Assembly (NCBI GenBank): GCA_003569705.1
Contig: BGOU01000010.1
Coordinates: 203,694-235,693, forward strand
Reading direction: 5' to 3'
Origin: Nitrosarchaeum sp.
GTDB lineage: Archaea > Thermoproteota > Nitrososphaeria > Nitrososphaerales > Nitrosopumilaceae
DNA length: 32,000 nt
Part shown: positions 17,876 through 26,308 of the stretch, in pieces
How the letters are laid out: the number at the start of each line of letters is the position of its first letter
Position numbering within the stretch: position 1 is the first letter of the stretch
The notes under the pieces: generated by a model
What the model was told of the DNA's origin: nothing
What the model saw: the letters and a program-made list of their open reading frames with translations, nothing else
The model's database searches: none
Program-made: the position numbers and the translations under genes

Positions 17876-18094
17876 TCAACCATGGTCATGACCACAGCCA
17901 CATTCATGGTCATCTCCTTTTAATGACATTAATTTTTCAACCATGTCATCGCGGATTTTTAGCAAATCTGCAACTTGTTGTTTTAGTGTTCCTGAGTCCC
18001 AGTTACCTTCATGTAATGCTCTAACAGAATCAATTATCTCAAGATCTACATTGAGTAAATTATCCATTAGTTGTTCTTGTTCACTCATAAACAC
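17876..18094 (-). CDS. small helical protein with a C-terminal His/Cys metal-binding tail
   Basis: 72 aa ending in GDDHECGCGHDHG. Lies 60 nt downstream of, and co-oriented with, the DUF151 gene. Confidence 0.6.
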   Translation of the reverse strand: MFMSEQEQLMDNLLNVDLEIIDSVRALHEGNWDSGTLKQQVADLLKIRDDMVEKLMSLKGDDHECGCGHDHG

Positions 18095-18154
18095 CCAACA
18101 ATATACTATAAAAAAAACTATTCTAAATTAGATTGAAAAATCTATTCATGTGAT

Positions 18155-18580
18155 TCAGGCTTCCATGTGTTCTTTAAGGAGATTTTTTCTAACCAAGATT
18201 GGAATATTGTACAGAGTACCCAAAGCCATGGCATCAGATGCACGGTAATTTCGTAATACCATGTCTTTTTTTCCAGTAAAATACAAGTTAGCACGTAATA
18301 CTTCGCCACTTTCATAAATTTTGACTTTGACCAAAACCAATTCATTTTCCTCACATATTTCTTCAAGCATTTTGTAAATTGATGGTGCGGAATCACCTGC
18401 ACTTTCAACAAAGCTGGATATGTGTCGTGCAACTTCGCCAGAAAATGCCCTCATGTGGAATTCTTTACCATCATCTCCTTTTAGAACCAACATTCCTTCA
18501 ACGGCATATGGATCTACAAATCCAACATAATCAATTTTAACCGATTCGTAATCAGGCTCTTGTGCTTGATCAATTTCCAT
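18155..18580 (-). CDS. bifunctional nuclease domain (DUF151/BFN) protein
   Basis: 141 aa. Pattern VLKGDDGKEFHMRAFSGEVARHI...SIYKMLEEI......V.KV.I......VL.A.LY.......V....RASDAMALG matches the DUF151 layout. Confidence 0.75.
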   Translation of the reverse strand: MEIDQAQEPDYESVKIDYVGFVDPYAVEGMLVLKGDDGKEFHMRAFSGEVARHISSFVESAGDSAPSIYKMLEEICEENELVLVKVKIYESGEVLRANLYFTGKKDMVLRNYRASDAMALGTLYNIPILVRKNLLKEHMEA

Positions 18581-18717
18581 TATATCTACGGTTAATGTTC
18601 CAGTTCAGTGCTTATAAAGATACTAAAGTAAATTGGTAGAATTTGTGTTAATTTTTTTATAACGATCGGAGCAAGTGTTCAATCCCAAATTATTTAATGT
18701 CAACAATTAAGTGAAGC

Positions 18718-20535
18718 TTGATGTCGTTAAACCCAGAACGTTCAGTATCCTATGTTCTTACAAAACATGTCTCACCATACATGAGTAAAGATTTCTTGTT
18801 GTTAAATCAAAACACATTAGTTAGTGAATCAGCTAGAATGCTTCAAGATTCTGAAAGAGATGACATTATTGTAACAGATGACAATAATTTACCAATTGGA
18901 ATTGTCACAGATGAAGACATCATAAATAAAATGAGTGAGATCATGACATTTGTAAAATCAGCGTCTTTGAAAGATATCATGTCTACACCATTAATTACAG
19001 TTAGTGAAAAAGCAACACTGCAAGAAGCACTTCACAAAATGAGAGATAGTAAAATTAGAAAACTTCCAGTTATGTCTAAAAAAAGAGAAGTCGTTGGAAT
19101 AATTTTTCAGGGAACCATTGCAAATGTAATAAGAGATGCCACAGCTACTGCACCTCATCTATTTAGCCCTCCTGTAAAAGCGATTTTAGGAAATTTAGGG
19201 TTTGTGTTACAGTTTGCAGGAGTGTTGCTACTAGTTCCAGCAATATTATCAACAATATTAGGAGAAACGTTAACAGCTGCAGGAATTTATCTTACCACTG
19301 TACTTTTACTTGTAACAGGATTTTTCCTTAATGCGTACGGTGAAAAAGCAAGTCTAAACATTCAACAGGCATCAATTCTTGTATTATCAAGTTTGTTGAT
19401 ACTGTCGTTATTTGGAACAATTCCATATCTGTATGTAATGCCAAGTCAAGAATCGGCAACGGATGGATTTATCAATGCATTCTTTTCAAGTGTCTCTGGG
19501 TTCACCACGTCAGGATTGACATTAATTGACGAGCCAGAAAATATGCCTCAGGGTTTTACATTCTATAGAAGTTTTACACAGTTAGTTGGCGGAATGAGTT
19601 TTATTTATTTAGTAATTACTGCACTTTATCCAGAATCAAAAATACAGTCGCTACGAGGTTTTATTTCAGGTAGATCATTGCACATGCGAGAGCTCTTTGG
19701 AACCATTACAATAATTTTTACAGTATACATTGTAATTGTTGCAAGTTTATTCTATTTGTTTGGAGAGATGAACATAATTAATAATTTCTCATTGGCAATA
19801 AGCGCATTTGCTACTGGTGGATTTTTACCTGCATCTACAGTTCTAAATAATCTCGAATGGCAAGAGCAGATAATTTTAATGGGGGCAATGATATTTGGGG
19901 CATTACCATTTACATTTCATTATTCATTTGTTAGGAAAAAATTTCTATCGCCAAAACTAGGTAAAGAAGTCCTAGCATATTTTGTAATTTTAGGCACTGC
20001 AATAATATTATTCATTTGGCTTAGTGGGTTAGATCCTTTAACTAGTGCATTTTATTCAATATCAGCAAGTACTACATCAGGATTACATTCACAAAACATT
20101 GTAAACTTTAATGGTGCCGCACATACAATTTTGATTTTATTGATGATCATCGGGGGGTGTGGCTTTTCAACTGCTGGAGGAATTAAGGTTTTTAGATTAT
20201 TACAGATAAAAGAATGCAAAAAGATGTTCAACAAGGTATCTAGATCAGAGATAACACCGCAAAGAAAAAAAGAGTTAGCATCAACAGTATTGATAATATT
20301 GGCATTTGCAGGAACCATATCAATAACAGCAGTATATTTGACAACAATTGAAAATATGGGTTTGGAAAATGCGTTCTTCGATGCAACGTCCATAATAACC
20401 ACTACAGGACTAACTTCAGACATAGTGAATTTAGATACAGATGACACAGTCAAAATGGTGATAAGTTTTTTGATGATAATTGGAAGAATGGAGATTATTG
20501 CCATAATCTACATATTTGTACCTAAATGGAGCTAA
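18718..20535 (+). CDS. TrkH/KtrB-family cation (K+) transporter with an N-terminal CBS-pair domain
   Basis: 605 aa. Residues about 1-140 form CBS motifs (DIIVTDDNNLPIGIVTDEDII; IRKLPVMSKKREVVGII). The remainder is polytopic with TrkH-type pore motifs SSVSGFTTSGLT, AFATGGF, ASTTSGL and TTTGLT. Confidence 0.85.
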   Translation: MMSLNPERSVSYVLTKHVSPYMSKDFLLLNQNTLVSESARMLQDSERDDIIVTDDNNLPIGIVTDEDIINKMSEIMTFVKSASLKDIMSTPLITVSEKATLQEALHKMRDSKIRKLPVMSKKREVVGIIFQGTIANVIRDATATAPHLFSPPVKAILGNLGFVLQFAGVLLLVPAILSTILGETLTAAGIYLTTVLLLVTGFFLNAYGEKASLNIQQASILVLSSLLILSLFGTIPYLYVMPSQESATDGFINAFFSSVSGFTTSGLTLIDEPENMPQGFTFYRSFTQLVGGMSFIYLVITALYPESKIQSLRGFISGRSLHMRELFGTITIIFTVYIVIVASLFYLFGEMNIINNFSLAISAFATGGFLPASTVLNNLEWQEQIILMGAMIFGALPFTFHYSFVRKKFLSPKLGKEVLAYFVILGTAIILFIWLSGLDPLTSAFYSISASTTSGLHSQNIVNFNGAAHTILILLMIIGGCGFSTAGGIKVFRLLQIKECKKMFNKVSRSEITPQRKKELASTVLIILAFAGTISITAVYLTTIENMGLENAFFDATSIITTTGLTSDIVNLDTDDTVKMVISFLMIIGRMEIIAIIYIFVPKWS

Positions 20536-20584
20536 AGAAGATCCAAAAACAGAATAGAATTAATGGAATTACATACAATGAAGC

Positions 20585-21409
20585 ATGTTGGAAAACCAAA
20601 CTAGTCACAGTGGAAAAAAATTAATAATTGTAGGATTTGTAACAATAGCAATCATATTCATAATGTATGCAAGATACCAAGATCCAGAATTATTCACGCC
20701 GGATTCAATAGATGCAATTCAGAGAATCGCTTATGGTTTTTACATAATATTATTGACATCGTTTGGGGCAATTACATATGGGATTTATCTGTATCATAGA
20801 GAAAAAGTAGAAAAAAAAGGAAAAGATATTCTAACAATTATTGCATTAAGTGTATGGAATACAAGATCAAGAAAAATTTTTGTATTAACATTTATTGGGT
20901 ATGGCATATTTTTTTCACTGGTATCTGGAACACTGGTGTATCAGCCAGAAGTAAATTTTGTTAAACATTATGGAGCAACTATACCGTCAGGATTTGTATC
21001 ACCATGTTGTGATGAACCTGGATACATGCCAAAAATTATAATATATTTGACAGAACATGTAGGGCTGCAAATCATCCCTATCAATTTAGTATTACAAGTA
21101 ACTGTATCATATTTGGTGGGGTTAAACGCATCTATTGCAGCTAGTGCTTATACAATATCAAAAAAAGGAAGAAGTATAGGGGTTGTAGGGGCTGCAACAG
21201 GGTTATTCATAGCATGTCCAACATGTGCAGGAACATTTTTGTCAATTTTTATAGGAACAGCAAGCGGAATCGCATTATCAATTGCGCTAACACAGTTACA
21301 GACACTATTCATTGCAATATCAATTCCAGTGTTATTAGTAACACCTTTTGTAATGGCAAAAAAGTTGAGAAATTTAGATGGTAGTTGTAAAATCGATCCT
21401 ACAAAATAA
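20585..21409 (+). CDS. polytopic membrane protein with conserved-looking Cys motifs (CC...CPTC)
   Basis: 274 aa with about 6 hydrophobic segments. SPCCDEPGY lies at nt 21005-21010 and ACPTCAGTF at nt 21215-21226, at the edge of a TM segment. Confidence 0.65.
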   Translation: MLENQTSHSGKKLIIVGFVTIAIIFIMYARYQDPELFTPDSIDAIQRIAYGFYIILLTSFGAITYGIYLYHREKVEKKGKDILTIIALSVWNTRSRKIFVLTFIGYGIFFSLVSGTLVYQPEVNFVKHYGATIPSGFVSPCCDEPGYMPKIIIYLTEHVGLQIIPINLVLQVTVSYLVGLNASIAASAYTISKKGRSIGVVGAATGLFIACPTCAGTFLSIFIGTASGIALSIALTQLQTLFIAISIPVLLVTPFVMAKKLRNLDGSCKIDPTK

Positions 21410-21653
21410 ATTTTTTAACTTCAGGAGTTGTGTTATCACCTATGTCATAACCATCTATTCTAAGAAATTTTAATGTCAATTTGTAAATTAATTCATCATG
21501 ATCCACCTGATCTAATATTTCAGTCCAGAGAAGTTTATCATGTTTTTCAATATGATCCTTAAATGAAGGATTCATGGATTTAGCTATCTTCTTACACTGA
21601 TCAAAAGTTTTTCCATTTTTATATGCACGAATTCTAGTATCGCATGTATCCAT
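21399..21653 (-). CDS. hypothetical protein
   Basis: 84-aa ATG ORF with balanced composition. No family recognised. Confidence 0.5.
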   Translation of the reverse strand: MDTCDTRIRAYKNGKTFDQCKKIAKSMNPSFKDHIEKHDKLLWTEILDQVDHDELIYKLTLKFLRIDGYDIGDNTTPEVKKFIL

Positions 21654-21803
21654 AATGCACTATAAGTAAAATTCTAAATAAACTTAGATGTTTAATTTTT
21701 AATTAAAAGAGACCAGATAATATTTTGAATATTTGTAAACAGGTATCAATTTTAGAATAATTACAATTTAAAGTAAATAAAAACAAGAAAAAAGAGAAAT
21801 TAT

Positions 21804-22022
21804 TTAATCAGTTTTAATTTTTTCATTTAGATAATTCAATCGTTCATTAAGATGACCAACATACGTATGAAGATCATCTATTTTCTTTTCCAATCGCTCT
21901 ATTTTTCTTTCATCAGAAACCTTTTTTGAACCAACATTCAATTCCAATTCAGACATAATAGTTGTAATTTTTCCACAAAGATAAGATTCTGTATGTTTAC
22001 AGTAGGACACATTTAGGCACAA
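21804..22022 (-). CDS. hypothetical small coiled-coil protein
   Basis: 72-aa track ORF. The more plausible start is ATG 21956 (MSELELNVGSKK...), giving 50 aa with a heptad-like IERLEKKIDDLHTYVGHLNERLNYLNEKI. Confidence 0.45.
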   Translation of the reverse strand: MCLNVSYCKHTESYLCGKITTIMSELELNVGSKKVSDERKIERLEKKIDDLHTYVGHLNERLNYLNEKIKTD

Positions 22023-22095
22023 TGTTCAGTGAATTGTCAGTTTAATAATCAAAATAGCAACATTAAATCAAATACTAGAAATTCACATTAAAAAC

Positions 22096-22329
22096 ATGGG
22101 AATAAAAACAACAAGTGATTACGTAAAATTTTACATAAATCTGGAAATGCAAAACAGTGTCAGTTTTTTGAGTTTTATAAATAATGAGAAAATGGTTTTA
22201 AAACACAAGCTAGAAAACAAAAATACAGATAAAGATCCCATTTTGAACGGCATTAGAATTTTAGAGGAATTAGTCGAGGAAATGAAAAAAAGTGGAGAGC
22301 AATCAGTTTTAGAAAAATATAGGGAATAA
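22096..22329 (+). CDS. hypothetical protein
   Basis: 77-aa ATG ORF. No family recognised. Confidence 0.5.
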   Translation: MGIKTTSDYVKFYINLEMQNSVSFLSFINNEKMVLKHKLENKNTDKDPILNGIRILEELVEEMKKSGEQSVLEKYRE

Positions 22330-22428
22330 AAAAGTCAAAAACTTACAAAATGTATCCAAAACAGATAGTCACAAAAAACTAGAAAAAAAATTGTACATTT
22401 AAGTAAATGAATTTAACATAAAAATAAC

Positions 22429-22995
22429 ATGGTCACAGATTCAAATATTATCAGAACCGAGATTTTACGTGTTTTAAATGAAAGTGGGAAAATACGTGGA
22501 AATGAACTGACTAGCAGAGTAGTAAAAAGAGTAGGAAATGAAAAAATGGTCCATAGAGAAATTAGTTTACTAGTAGAATCAGGTGAAGTAGAAAAAAAAA
22601 TGTACAGTAAATCACATATCGAATACGGATTGATCAATATATCAGAATCAGTCAATAATCAACTCAAAAGCGTACATAATGAAATTGAAATGATTTTTGA
22701 AGAGATAAAAGAGTTCAAACAAATCATGCAACAAGATAAAATAGAATTTCAAGAGAGATTAAGAACTACAATACATTTTATTCACATAGTTCAATCCACT
22801 GATGGGGTAATGAAACTTTTATCAAATTATCCAACATTTAAAAAAGACAAAATGTTTTCACAGATCATTAGAAAAATTAGTGATTGTTGGGAAAACATAA
22901 TGGAGGGCATTGTACACCAACCTGAAGAAGAATTTCTCAACGAAGTAATAGCAAATTTGAGAATTTCACAAATAGGATCACAGAGTGTAAATTAA
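22429..22995 (+). CDS. winged-helix DNA-binding protein, paralog of 28751..29332
   Basis: 188 aa. N-terminal wHTH-like IRTEILRVLNESGKIRGNELTSRV...REISLLVESGEVEKK. The C-terminal helical region shares IVQSTDGVMKLLSN.P.FKK with ILQTDNGFTLLDSNKNPKK of the 193-aa ORF. Confidence 0.6.
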   Translation: MVTDSNIIRTEILRVLNESGKIRGNELTSRVVKRVGNEKMVHREISLLVESGEVEKKMYSKSHIEYGLINISESVNNQLKSVHNEIEMIFEEIKEFKQIMQQDKIEFQERLRTTIHFIHIVQSTDGVMKLLSNYPTFKKDKMFSQIIRKISDCWENIMEGIVHQPEEEFLNEVIANLRISQIGSQSVN

Positions 22996-23023
22996 ATAGA
23001 ACGGATCACAATATTAAAAAAAA

Positions 23024-23311
23024 TCATCGTATTTGTTTTAATTTATCTACCACGATTTTGAAAATTTCTTCATTATCTAGCAATAGAAAGGGTAAATTAT
23101 TTTCTTCACATGCCTGACCACTTTCAGTATCTCTTGTAACTAAAATCATGTCATTTTCTTTTGCAAAATTGATCACAGAATAATCAGTACGTAATTTGTG
23201 GCCATCTGTACGTAGTTTTTTGACACTATAAGCATCATATCCCATTTTACGAAGTTTGTCATCCCAGCCGTCATCCATCTCATCAATTAAAATTTTAATA
23301 GGTTTTGACAT
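23024..23311 (-). CDS. PIN-like / Mut7-C-like (DUF5615-type) putative nuclease domain protein
   Basis: 95 aa. Pattern IKILIDEM.....DKLRKMGYDA..V......G.......I.FAKEN.MILVTRDT matches the DUF5615 layout. Contains an internal KLRTD duplication. Confidence 0.5.
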   Translation of the reverse strand: MSKPIKILIDEMDDGWDDKLRKMGYDAYSVKKLRTDGHKLRTDYSVINFAKENDMILVTRDTESGQACEENNLPFLLLDNEEIFKIVVDKLKQIR

Positions 23312-23413
23312 AAATCTACCTAATCAAATTTCAATATTAGTGTAAATAATTATTATCAAAAAATACACTTATCACATAACCCTTATTTTCAGATTATATT
23401 CATTAAAATTGTA

Positions 23414-23629
23414 ATGAATGAAAAAGCAGATGATAGATCAGATGATTCCAAGAAAAATCACATCAAGTATTACAAATCACTAAACAAAACAATAGAAAAT
23501 ATTCAGAAAGAAAAATTAGAAGAGACTGAACCTAAAATCATCAAACACCTGAATAGCAGGATTGAAGCTATGAATTTAGACAAAAAAAGAATCGAAGACA
23601 TGTTTCCAGAAATTAATGAAAACAATTAA
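23414..23629 (+). CDS. small coiled-coil protein, paralog of 17475..17687
   Basis: 71 aa. See the shared motifs listed for the ORF at 17475. Confidence 0.55.
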   Translation: MNEKADDRSDDSKKNHIKYYKSLNKTIENIQKEKLEETEPKIIKHLNSRIEAMNLDKKRIEDMFPEINENN

Positions 23630-23997
23630 CAGATAATCAATCATGCTAAAAAATCATAGATGTCAGTTTAATCATAAAACTACAAAGTGCAATAAAATAC
23701 AGTTTAATGATCTAAAGTGATAATCAATTTTAACTGGTAAAAAATCATAATAAAAATAAACACGATAAAATAAAATTAAAGGCAAACTACAAAATTAGCG
23801 AGAAATCACCGAGTCCGACATTACTTAATCATGGTAATTTTGAGACAAATCATATAATTTTTCACAGAAAGGTATCAACCTAACAGGCAAAACCCCGTCA
23901 ATCCAAGAGAGTTCCTTATCTATGTTATAGTCTTTAAAAGAGGATTTGAGGCAAGAATTAGATTCAAGAAAAGCAATTTCGCTTTCAAATAATTGTT

Positions 23998-24183
23998 TTA
24001 TCTGATTCTTTCCATCTGGGTTAGATTATAGTTACAAGTCATCAAGTCAATCTGAACATAATAATTTCCATTACTTGGGTTTATTCGTGCCTTGATGAAT
24101 GGTTGATTATTCTGCTTACACTCTCTATAATGTTTATCATATTCAAACATTTTAGAATCTGCGATGAATTTTTTCAGAGTCAT
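23998..24183 (-). CDS. hypothetical protein, possibly the 5' part of a frameshifted gene extending to 23825
   Basis: 61-aa ORF. The -1 frame stays open for a further 66 codons to TAA 23825-23827 (see findings). Confidence 0.4.
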   Translation of the reverse strand: MTLKKFIADSKMFEYDKHYRECKQNNQPFIKARINPSNGNYYVQIDLMTCNYNLTQMERIR

Positions 24184-24211
24184 TTCATAAAATTATGAAA
24201 ATCATTTATAA

Positions 24212-24601
24212 TTAAAGATTAGATGTGATTTTTTTAATTTTTGTTATTATACGAATTTTTGTGTCAATTGACATTTCAGGTTCCATAGTAAAATAAACAA
24301 TGCTTCTTTTAGCATAAGTTACCATTTGAGTTACTTTTTCTCTTTCAACATGAACATAACGAACTTTTCCAAGTGTTCTATCAAACTCCTTTCTCATTTT
24401 TCTTCTCTGAGCGACTTGTTTACAAAAATGTTCTTCTTCTTTTTGAGTTTTCAATGAGGTTTTTCCACTTTTCATAATTGCCTCCCTGATGTTACCGTTA
24501 ATATCGATAATTGCGGCAAATCTCATTTTAGGATCTAAGTTAATCATAGATTCAACAATTTTCAGTAGATCAATTTTTGTTGCTCCCATGATGAGTTTCA
24601 A
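24212..24601 (-). CDS. hypothetical protein, possibly Roadblock/LC7-like fold
   Basis: 129 aa. Pattern RFAAIIDINGNIREAIMKSG followed by alternating strand-like segments. The assignment is weak. Confidence 0.5.
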   Translation of the reverse strand: MKLIMGATKIDLLKIVESMINLDPKMRFAAIIDINGNIREAIMKSGKTSLKTQKEEEHFCKQVAQRRKMRKEFDRTLGKVRYVHVEREKVTQMVTYAKRSIVYFTMEPEMSIDTKIRIITKIKKITSNL

Positions 24602-24635
24602 AGTAAATTTACTAAATATATTCTATTGAAATATT

Positions 24636-26174
24636 TTAAATTTGCATAATGCCAGAAGTTACAAGAAATTTAATACCATTTGCAAATTCCCGATCTGAAA
24701 TCAAACCATCTGCCCACCAACTCGCGGTATTTTTAATCCAATCAGGAATTTGTGCTTCGGATGAACCAACATGAACCAAATTAGGAATCAAGATAATTTT
24801 TTCTTTGATCAAAAATTCTATACCTGCTGCAAAATCATCATCAGTAATTTGATTTTCAGCCCATCCACGAGCATTATTACGAATCCAGTCAGGGATAAAA
24901 ACATCAACAAGTATCTTTTCTGATGGGGATACAGGCTCGCCAGATATAACGAAAAGGGCAAAAGATTCAACAGGTCCATATTTTACATGAATTTTCCATG
25001 GTCCTGGAAGTGAATCTATTTCCAAGATATGTGGTACAGTAAAAGTACCAGAAGTAGGGTTTACAAAAGAAATCTGATTAGCATTATTTCCAGTTGGATC
25101 TTCAAACCAATAAACAATATTATTTTCTATAGATTTACTGGTAGAGATTTTGGCATTGACGGTTTCTCCAGGTCTATACTGAGATTTATCTAAAGATATT
25201 TCAATGCCAAGGTCAGATAGAGTAGGTTTTGCTAGAGATTCTGCCAAGACATCAAAAGTTTTTGTGGCAACATTTTCACCATAATTAAATCGAATAGTAT
25301 AAGTTCCAATTTCAGATGAGGTAATTCCATCAAATTTTACTTTATTTGAAGAAGATACTGCAGAAATGGTTTTTGTATTTACTTTTCCAGATGGTGATGT
25401 TATAGTTAAAACACCAGAATTTGCAGATAGTTCAGATATCACTACGTTAATTTCTACAGAGTCACCTGGATCATAGAGATTTTTATCACTTCCCAAAAAG
25501 ATAGTTGTTTTAGAATTTATGTTAGAAGCAACAAAAGGGACATCGACCTTAACATTATAATAATTCACAACGGCATGATAATTTCCAGAAGGATTGTGTT
25601 TTAGCAAATTACTCATAGAGAACTGTTCAATGATGTTTGGCTGATATACTTTAATTGTAAAATCTTCAACTAGTTTTGCAGGTATTCCTTTATCATCTAA
25701 AATTTGTACAAATAAAGATTCAGCATGTGCAGCATTTGCATCATAATAATTGGTATGAAATTGAACAGTTGCGATATCATCTGAACCGTATGAAAGTTTA
25801 TCAGTTGTAACTAGAAGAATTATCGGTTCAACTTCAACATCAATTAATTTTTTAACATCGTTGTACCGATATTCTATTTTCCAATGTCCAAATTGATTAT
25901 CAAATGCATTTCTGGTTATGGTATGAGTTACTTTTGATGCTTTGAGACTTGCAAGAGAACCACTAATAGCAGTACCATCAGGCTGGGTGGCATTCCAGTT
26001 CACCGCACCACCAGAATAACCATCAACATCTACAAAAATTTTAATCCAATCATTAGGACCAAAGAGTGATTTTTCAGCGATTGCTGAAATTTCAGCACCA
26101 TATGCAATTTGAGGGATAATAAATGAAAAAAATATCAAAAAAAACAGGATTTTCACATTATGAATTTGATTCAA
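24636..26174 (-). CDS. secreted multi-domain (Ig-like repeats) protein with two C-terminal approx 35-aa W-rich modules
   Basis: 512 aa from TTG. The likelier start is GTG 26156, giving MKILFFLIFFSFIIPQIAYG-AE (signal peptide). The C-terminus carries IPDWIRNNARGWAENQITDDDFAAGIEFLIKEKII and IPDWIKNTASWWADGLISDREFANGIKFLVTSGIM. Confidence 0.8.
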   Translation of the reverse strand: MNQIHNVKILFFLIFFSFIIPQIAYGAEISAIAEKSLFGPNDWIKIFVDVDGYSGGAVNWNATQPDGTAISGSLASLKASKVTHTITRNAFDNQFGHWKIEYRYNDVKKLIDVEVEPIILLVTTDKLSYGSDDIATVQFHTNYYDANAAHAESLFVQILDDKGIPAKLVEDFTIKVYQPNIIEQFSMSNLLKHNPSGNYHAVVNYYNVKVDVPFVASNINSKTTIFLGSDKNLYDPGDSVEINVVISELSANSGVLTITSPSGKVNTKTISAVSSSNKVKFDGITSSEIGTYTIRFNYGENVATKTFDVLAESLAKPTLSDLGIEISLDKSQYRPGETVNAKISTSKSIENNIVYWFEDPTGNNANQISFVNPTSGTFTVPHILEIDSLPGPWKIHVKYGPVESFALFVISGEPVSPSEKILVDVFIPDWIRNNARGWAENQITDDDFAAGIEFLIKEKIILIPNLVHVGSSEAQIPDWIKNTASWWADGLISDREFANGIKFLVTSGIMQI

Positions 26175-26308
26175 AGTTTATTTCAAAATGAGAGATTAAC
26201 AATGAACGACAGGATTGTGAATGTTCTCAATTAATTTAGACAAGAATAATTTATTCAGTTATCAAGTTTGGTTGGATCTTGATTTTCATGAAGAATTTTA
26301 GCAGATTT

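Noticed and set aside
18142-18432. 96-aa alternative-frame ORF within the DUF151 gene
   Set aside because: It is on the same strand as, and nested in, the DUF151 ORF, which has a recognisable family pattern. The alternative frame is Trp/Cys/Lys-rich and implausible.
22413-22655. 80-aa minus-strand ORF overlapping the start of the 188-aa wHTH gene
   Set aside because: It is antisense to the better-supported plus-strand ORF, with a Ser/Phe/Leu/Thr-rich composition.
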